Assembly: GCA_965661855.1 (NCBI GenBank)
Contig: CBFIFL010000005.1
Location: forward strand, 2,372-66,371
DNA from: Flavobacteriales bacterium
GTDB taxonomy: Bacteria > Bacteroidota > Bacteroidia > Flavobacteriales_C > CBFIFL01
DNA length: 64,000 bases
Reading direction: 5' to 3'
Under the pieces are notes generated by a model. It saw only the letters and a list, made by a program, of their open reading frames with translations, ran no database searches and had not been told where the DNA came from. The position numbers and the translations under genes are program-made. Positions within the stretch are counted from its first letter, which is position 1. Every line of letters begins with the position of its first letter. This document shows positions 59,794 to 64,000 of this stretch, piece by piece.

Positions 59794-59801
59794 CAAAGGT
59801 A
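59794..59801 (-). promoter_or_regulatory. Candidate -7 promoter box (TACCTTTG) upstream of the ParA-like gene
   Basis: The minus strand reads TACCTTTG, matching TAnnTTTG, and ends 14 nt upstream of the ATG at 59779. It lies in a 92-nt gap after the DUF547 gene. Confidence 0.3.
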
Positions 59802-59871
59802 AGTTAGGAGCCTGAAATAGAAACTATTACTTGTGTTAAGTTTTTCAATAAATTTCAAATTTACTCGAACC

Positions 59872-60552
59872 CTATGTCCATTCGTACGGCAGAAAGTATA
59901 CTTTATCTATTTGGTTATCAGTGCTCTGTAGAAATTGCTTATGAATGGATATGATGCCTTTTCTGCCGGAAAAATCTCCCTTGTACCATTTGAATATCGA
60001 ACTAGTCTCCAGTGTCTGCTGGTTTGAAATGGAGGAGTTGCCGAGTATGAAGGCTTTAGTTGCAAGGTCTAATTGTTCAAACACTTTATCCTCAGAATAA
60101 TGTCGGACGGGAGGACATGAACTAGCACCACAATTTAAAGCAAAATGAATTCTGGGATCAAATTGCTGAACCATTAACTTTTTAAAGAACCGTTTTGGGA
60201 ATGGATTTTTCAAATAACCGAAAGACCACCAGATTCGGTTTTGACGAATGATTTTGTGTTCAATATCATCTAGACTAAGATCGAGGTCTAAAAATCGGAT
60301 CTCTTTTTTTGTAAAGAATCGTTTTCGAGCAATCCGATTTTGCAGATTCGGTTTAAAACGTTCTTGAAGAATTAAACTATGCGCATTATAAATATTAATC
60401 CAGAAGGATAGCTTTTCACTATCAGAAGTCAAACGCAGTAAATCAGTCAATTCGACACTACACAATTGTTTCAAGAATGGTTGATGAGAAGACTTAGACC
60501 TAACCTGACCGATTAAGTTTTTACTTAGATCCAATAATTCCGCTTTATACAT
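59872..60552 (-). CDS. DUF547-like protein
   Basis: LSFWINIYNAHSLIL and HFALNCGASSCPP match the DUF547 pattern. Its start overlaps the upstream small redox gene by 8 nt. Confidence 0.6.
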   Translation of the reverse strand: MYKAELLDLSKNLIGQVRSKSSHQPFLKQLCSVELTDLLRLTSDSEKLSFWINIYNAHSLILQERFKPNLQNRIARKRFFTKKEIRFLDLDLSLDDIEHKIIRQNRIWWSFGYLKNPFPKRFFKKLMVQQFDPRIHFALNCGASSCPPVRHYSEDKVFEQLDLATKAFILGNSSISNQQTLETSSIFKWYKGDFSGRKGIISIHKQFLQSTDNQIDKVYFLPYEWT

Positions 60553-60754
60553 TGAACACTCTGATTATATCTTTTCCATATGCCTTAAGCTCTAATTGCT
60601 TGTAAAGAGCTGGAATTATAAACAAGTCTTCTGGACAAGCTTTAGGGGTTTCATCAATGTTGACTACTTCAAACTCTAAGCCAACAAGTTGCAGGTGATC
60701 AATTATCTGATCACAGGCCTTGCAAAAGTTTTGAGTATAAAGTGTATAGTTCAT
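60545..60754 (-). CDS. Small thioredoxin-fold protein (glutaredoxin/NrdH-like, CxxC)
   Basis: 69 aa, MNYTLYTQNFCKACDQIIDHL, with a CKAC active-site-like motif after beta-strand 1. Confidence 0.55.
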   Translation of the reverse strand: MNYTLYTQNFCKACDQIIDHLQLVGLEFEVVNIDETPKACPEDLFIIPALYKQLELKAYGKDIIRVFNV

Positions 60755-60811
60755 TTGTTCGCAATATCGTGCAACAAAGTGATTGATATTGTCTACGACT
60801 TGACATTAAAC

Positions 60812-60842
60812 AAAAAGAGCCTGTCTTATAAAAGACAAGCCC
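60812..60842 (-). terminator. Rho-independent terminator of the HtrA-family gene
   Basis: The minus strand reads GGGCTTGTCTT-TTAT-AAGACAGGCTC (11-bp stem, two G-U pairs), followed by TTTTTG. Confidence 0.8.
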
Positions 60843-60899
60843 TTTCAAACCTAACCTAACCTCGTTATATGTCCTCACACAAAACAATTCTTTTAACTA

Positions 60900-62327
60900 C
60901 TATAATCCAAAGCCATAAAATGCTTTCGTGCCGTTCGTATAATAACCTTCAATCAATACGCCTCCTTTTTTGGTGTTAAGAATGTTTTCAACCTCCTTAG
61001 CACTACTCACTTCTTCATTATCAATTTTGGTAATTATAAAACCAGACTTGATTCCTTGATTCATAAGTGCTCCAGAAGAAATACTTTCAATGATAACACC
61101 TTCACTAATGTTTAATCTTTCTTTAGTCTCTTCGTCTATTTCAGCCAATGTAGCACCTAACACAGTTGCTTCAGCCTTTATCATAGCAGTACTTCCGTTT
61201 TTGTTTTTAAGCGTCAATGAAAATTCTTCCATTTTTCCTTCGCGAAGAATCTTAACTCCTAGTTTATCTCCCGGTCTAAATCCACTTACAATTTCTTGCA
61301 GTTTAGGAATCGTATTCACTTTGATGTTTTCGATATGCGTAATAACATCTCCTTCTTTCAATCCAGCTTCAGCAGCTGCTCCATTTTCAGCAATTGCTGC
61401 AACCATAACTCCATTTCTGTCTGCCATGCTATTGTCTTCAGCCACGCTTTCTGAAACTTCTGCAATTTGAATTCCAATAAAAGCTCTTTGTACAGTTCCG
61501 AACGATTTCAAATCATCTGTAATCTTTCGAACCATGTTAACCGGTACAGCGAAAGAATATCCAGCATATGCACCCGTAGTTGATGCTATAGCTGTATTGA
61601 TCCCGACTAATTCACCATTTTGGGTAACTAAAGCACCTCCACTATTTCCTGGATTCACTGCAGCATCTGTTTGAATAAAAGATTCAATGGCGAATTGGTT
61701 TTGTAAAATGTTAATGTTTCTTCCTTTGGCACTTACAATTCCTGCAGTGACTGTTGATGTCAAGTTAAATGGATTACCAACGGCTAAAACCCATTCTCCA
61801 ACACTTATTGCATCTGAATTTCCCATCGGAATGAAAGGTAAATTTGCCTCGTCAATTTTGATTAGTGCTATATCCGTACTTGGATCTGTTCCAATAACGG
61901 CACCTTTATATGTTCTTCTATCGTTTAAAACGACTTCAATCTCATTAGCTCCTTTGATTACGTGATTGTTTGTTACAATGTATCCATCTGAACTTAATAT
62001 AACTCCCGATCCACTACCTTGAACTTCTCGCTTAGGTTGCATTCCTTGTCCGCCCGGACCAAAAAAGAAGTTGAAAGGATCCATTTGCTGTTTCACCTGA
62101 CCTTTTCCGATAGTCTTTATATGCACCACTGCATCAATAGAAGACTTAGACGCCTGTACAAAACTTGGAAGCGATGTAGTAGAAGTGTGAGAAACCTGAT
62201 GACTTGGCATTTTTACAACCTCTCTTATTATTTGTTCTTGTGGTGAATTCTCTAAGAGTTTATAAGAACCTAAAGCCACAATTCCGCCTGCTATTGCAAT
62301 TGCTATTGTTCCTAATGACTTTTTCAT
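60900..62327 (-). CDS. HtrA/DegP/DegQ-family periplasmic serine endopeptidase with two PDZ domains
   Basis: Catalytic triad contexts are present: TNNHVI, TDIALIKI, GNSGGAL. Two PDZ-like C-terminal regions follow. Confidence 0.92.
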   Translation of the reverse strand: MKKSLGTIAIAIAGGIVALGSYKLLENSPQEQIIREVVKMPSHQVSHTSTTSLPSFVQASKSSIDAVVHIKTIGKGQVKQQMDPFNFFFGPGGQGMQPKREVQGSGSGVILSSDGYIVTNNHVIKGANEIEVVLNDRRTYKGAVIGTDPSTDIALIKIDEANLPFIPMGNSDAISVGEWVLAVGNPFNLTSTVTAGIVSAKGRNINILQNQFAIESFIQTDAAVNPGNSGGALVTQNGELVGINTAIASTTGAYAGYSFAVPVNMVRKITDDLKSFGTVQRAFIGIQIAEVSESVAEDNSMADRNGVMVAAIAENGAAAEAGLKEGDVITHIENIKVNTIPKLQEIVSGFRPGDKLGVKILREGKMEEFSLTLKNKNGSTAMIKAEATVLGATLAEIDEETKERLNISEGVIIESISSGALMNQGIKSGFIITKIDNEEVSSAKEVENILNTKKGGVLIEGYYTNGTKAFYGFGL

Positions 62328-62399
62328 ATTATTTTGTTTTTATAATTAAGTTAACGCACAAGTCGCGTATCTGTTATCCAATGCCCGGTTAAAAAGTGT

Positions 62400-62407
62400 T
62401 AATTTTG
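62400..62407 (+). promoter_or_regulatory. Candidate -7 promoter box (TAATTTTG) for dapF
   Basis: Matches TAnnTTTG and ends 20 nt upstream of the ATG at 62428. No clear -33 element. Confidence 0.3.
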
Positions 62408-62427
62408 AAAATACATCTTCAAATAGA

Positions 62428-63207
62428 ATGCCAAGTATTAAATTTTCAAAATATCAGGGAGCCGGAAATGATTTTATCATCATCGATAATCGTGATGAGA
62501 AAATAACTTTGACAGCGAAGCAAATTGAAAGTCTTTGTGACAGAAGGTTCGGTATAGGTGCTGATGGTTTAATGTTTTTGGAGCATGCTAAAGACCATGA
62601 TTTTAAAATGGTCTATTTTAATTCTGATGGAAACGAAAGTACCATGTGTGGTAATGGCGGTAGATGTTTAATAAAGTTTGCTCAACAAGTTGGAGTTATA
62701 AGTAACAGCTGTCATTTTGTCGCTATTGACGGAGATCATGATGGTCAAATTTTATCTAACGGTTTGGTTGAATTAAAAATGACTAACACTGCATTGCCAA
62801 CTGTTAAAGACAATGAGCAGTTTTTAGATACAGGTTCACCTCACGTAGTTGTATTAAAAGAGGACATCTCGAAGATGGATTTAGTAGAAGAGGCCAGGAA
62901 AATTAGATACGGTGATTTTTTCAAAGACGAAGGAACCAACGTGAACTTTATTCAATTAAAGTCTGATCATATAGCGATTCGTACTTATGAACGAGGAGTT
63001 GAAGATGAAACACTTGCTTGTGGAACAGGAGTTACAGCTGCTGCTATTGTTGCTAATCATCAAGGATGGATAAAGGATAGCCAAGTAAAGGTTAATGCCC
63101 TAGGTGGAAATCTTGCTGTCTCTTTTGATAAACAAAAGGATGGCTTTATTGATGTATATTTGACAGGACCAGCGGAGTTTGTATTTAATGGGGAAATTGA
63201 CGTCTAA
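62428..63207 (+). CDS. dapF: Diaminopimelate epimerase
   Basis: YQGAGNDFIIID plus the two catalytic Cys contexts MCGNGGRC and ACGTGVTA. Confidence 0.93.
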   Translation: MPSIKFSKYQGAGNDFIIIDNRDEKITLTAKQIESLCDRRFGIGADGLMFLEHAKDHDFKMVYFNSDGNESTMCGNGGRCLIKFAQQVGVISNSCHFVAIDGDHDGQILSNGLVELKMTNTALPTVKDNEQFLDTGSPHVVVLKEDISKMDLVEEARKIRYGDFFKDEGTNVNFIQLKSDHIAIRTYERGVEDETLACGTGVTAAAIVANHQGWIKDSQVKVNALGGNLAVSFDKQKDGFIDVYLTGPAEFVFNGEIDV

Positions 63208-63745
63208 ACATATTTTTACAGCAGTTCATAAAGGAGTGCCAAATAATATTCAATCAGGAGTATTTATTTGGATGCTAAATGCACATAAACGACCACCTCA
63301 TTTTGTGATGAGTATTGATGGGAAAGTTATGGGTATTTCTGTGAAAGGTTCAACAATAGATAAAGATGTTTCGGTATATCTTAATTTAATTGAGAGTAAA
63401 AATATTCCATCTTTATTTATCGAGCTGAAAAACTTGAACTATAATCAAGAAAGTATCGAAGTTCTTAAAGATCACATTGAACTCTATCCTCAGGTTAAAA
63501 TTGGAGGCCCTACTTGTTTAGATCCAATCAATTCGTTTATTCATCATACCACTGATATTGATGTATCAGGTGTAGAAAAAATATTTGATTTACTTCCTTT
63601 ACTAGAAGCAAATCACATTTCATCTTATTCTTCTGTATTACTACCGGTTTTCGATAATGAGTTTCATGTAGATGTTTATTCTAAAGAAGATATTGTAAAC
63701 GGAATTTTAAAAGTTCAAAAGAAGTATGCAGTTATTGGAGAATGA
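63179..63745 (+). CDS. Hypothetical protein (188 aa)
   Basis: The ORF overlaps the dapF 3' end by 29 nt and is overlapped by the next gene's start. I recognise no motif. The start is uncertain (alternative ATG at 63188). Confidence 0.4.
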   Translation: MYLMGKLTSKHIFTAVHKGVPNNIQSGVFIWMLNAHKRPPHFVMSIDGKVMGISVKGSTIDKDVSVYLNLIESKNIPSLFIELKNLNYNQESIEVLKDHIELYPQVKIGGPTCLDPINSFIHHTTDIDVSGVEKIFDLLPLLEANHISSYSSVLLPVFDNEFHVDVYSKEDIVNGILKVQKKYAVIGE

Positions 63746-64000
63746 TTTAGTTAAGCTAAGAGCATTGGAGGAAAAGGATATTGAAGTTCTTTACCAATGG
63801 GAAAACGACACAATCAATTGGCCTGTAAGTAACATGATTCAACCGCTTTCGGAAGGGGTATTAAAGGAATACATGGAAACGGCCCATTACGACATCTTTG
63901 CAACTCGCCAGCTCAGATTGGTTATTATGGATAAGGCAGCTGATTTAGCTGTTGGATTCTTAGACTTATTTGAGTTTGATCCTATGAACATGAGAGCTGG
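63726..64000 (+). CDS. GNAT-family N-acetyltransferase, N-terminal fragment (continues beyond the window)
   Basis: Not in the ORF track because it has no stop in the window. Hand translation from the ATG at 63726 gives MQLLENDLVKLRALEEKDIEVLYQWENDTINWPVSN...LRLVIMDKAADLAVGFLDLFEFDPMNMRAG, a typical RimJ/RimL-like GNAT N-terminus. Confidence 0.6.
   Translation, partial: MQLLENDLVKLRALEEKDIEVLYQWENDTINWPVSNMIQPLSEGVLKEYMETAHYDIFATRQLRLVIMDKAADLAVGFLDLFEFDPMNMRA

Noticed and set aside
60848-60862. AACCT x3 microrepeat between the htrA stop and its terminator
   Set aside because: It is only 15 nt, appears nowhere else that I saw in the window, and lies in a 3' UTR. It is most likely chance or slippage with no evident function.
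1-64000. CRISPR arrays, IS/transposase genes, prophage or conjugation genes, rRNA operons
   Set aside because: I looked for regularly spaced direct repeats, inverted terminal repeats and the relevant protein motifs in all ORFs. None was found, and the window reads as compact core chromosome.

Overview
All calls below were made by eye from the sequence and the ORF track. No database search, HMM scan or structure prediction was run.

The window looks like a chromosomal segment of a low-GC Bacteroidota genome, Flavobacteriia-like. The supporting signs are T9SS C-terminal sorting domains, PorV/PorU-type genes, TAnnTTTG -7 promoter boxes, a DUF3467-type gene after rpoC, and very tight gene packing. 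I support about 60 protein genes and 5 tRNAs. I saw no rRNA, CRISPR array, transposase/IS element or prophage.

The core (33.2-47.9 kb) is a conserved translation/transcription block:
- tyrosine recombinase, hpf
- tRNA-Thr(TGT), tRNA-Tyr(GTA), tRNA-Gly(TCC), tRNA-Thr(GGT)
- tuf, tRNA-Trp(CCA), secE, nusG
- rplK, rplA, rplJ, rplL, rpoB, rpoC
- a small DUF3467-like gene, then a strong terminator

The flanks are mostly housekeeping and envelope genes: rnz, msrB, recQ, kdsD, tatC, lptB, pssA, lnt, lpdA, hemH, pabB, tilS, a yhhQ-like transporter, dsbD, rlmF, a BI-1 family protein, an HtrA-type protease and dapF.

The regions most worth a second look are:
1. A ParA-like ATPase whose 3' end overlaps a CHAD-like (polyphosphate-granule-type) gene by 31 nt (58.2-59.8 kb), with a PIN-PhoH gene directly downstream. 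This may be an uncharacterised cargo-positioning pair.
2. A translationally coupled four-gene envelope operon (2.6-7.7 kb) built from eight SPOR-like repeats. It includes an outer-membrane barrel fused to five of them and a secreted lysine-rich peptide.
3. A PorV-like barrel followed by a 1696-aa C25-peptidase/CTD protein (16.8-22.9 kb). This resembles a second, non-canonical T9SS shuttle/sortase pair, with lnt immediately downstream.
4. A tandem pair of PorE-architecture proteins (53.0-56.8 kb). Only the first keeps the OmpA_C peptidoglycan anchor.

The rest of the window is ordinary.
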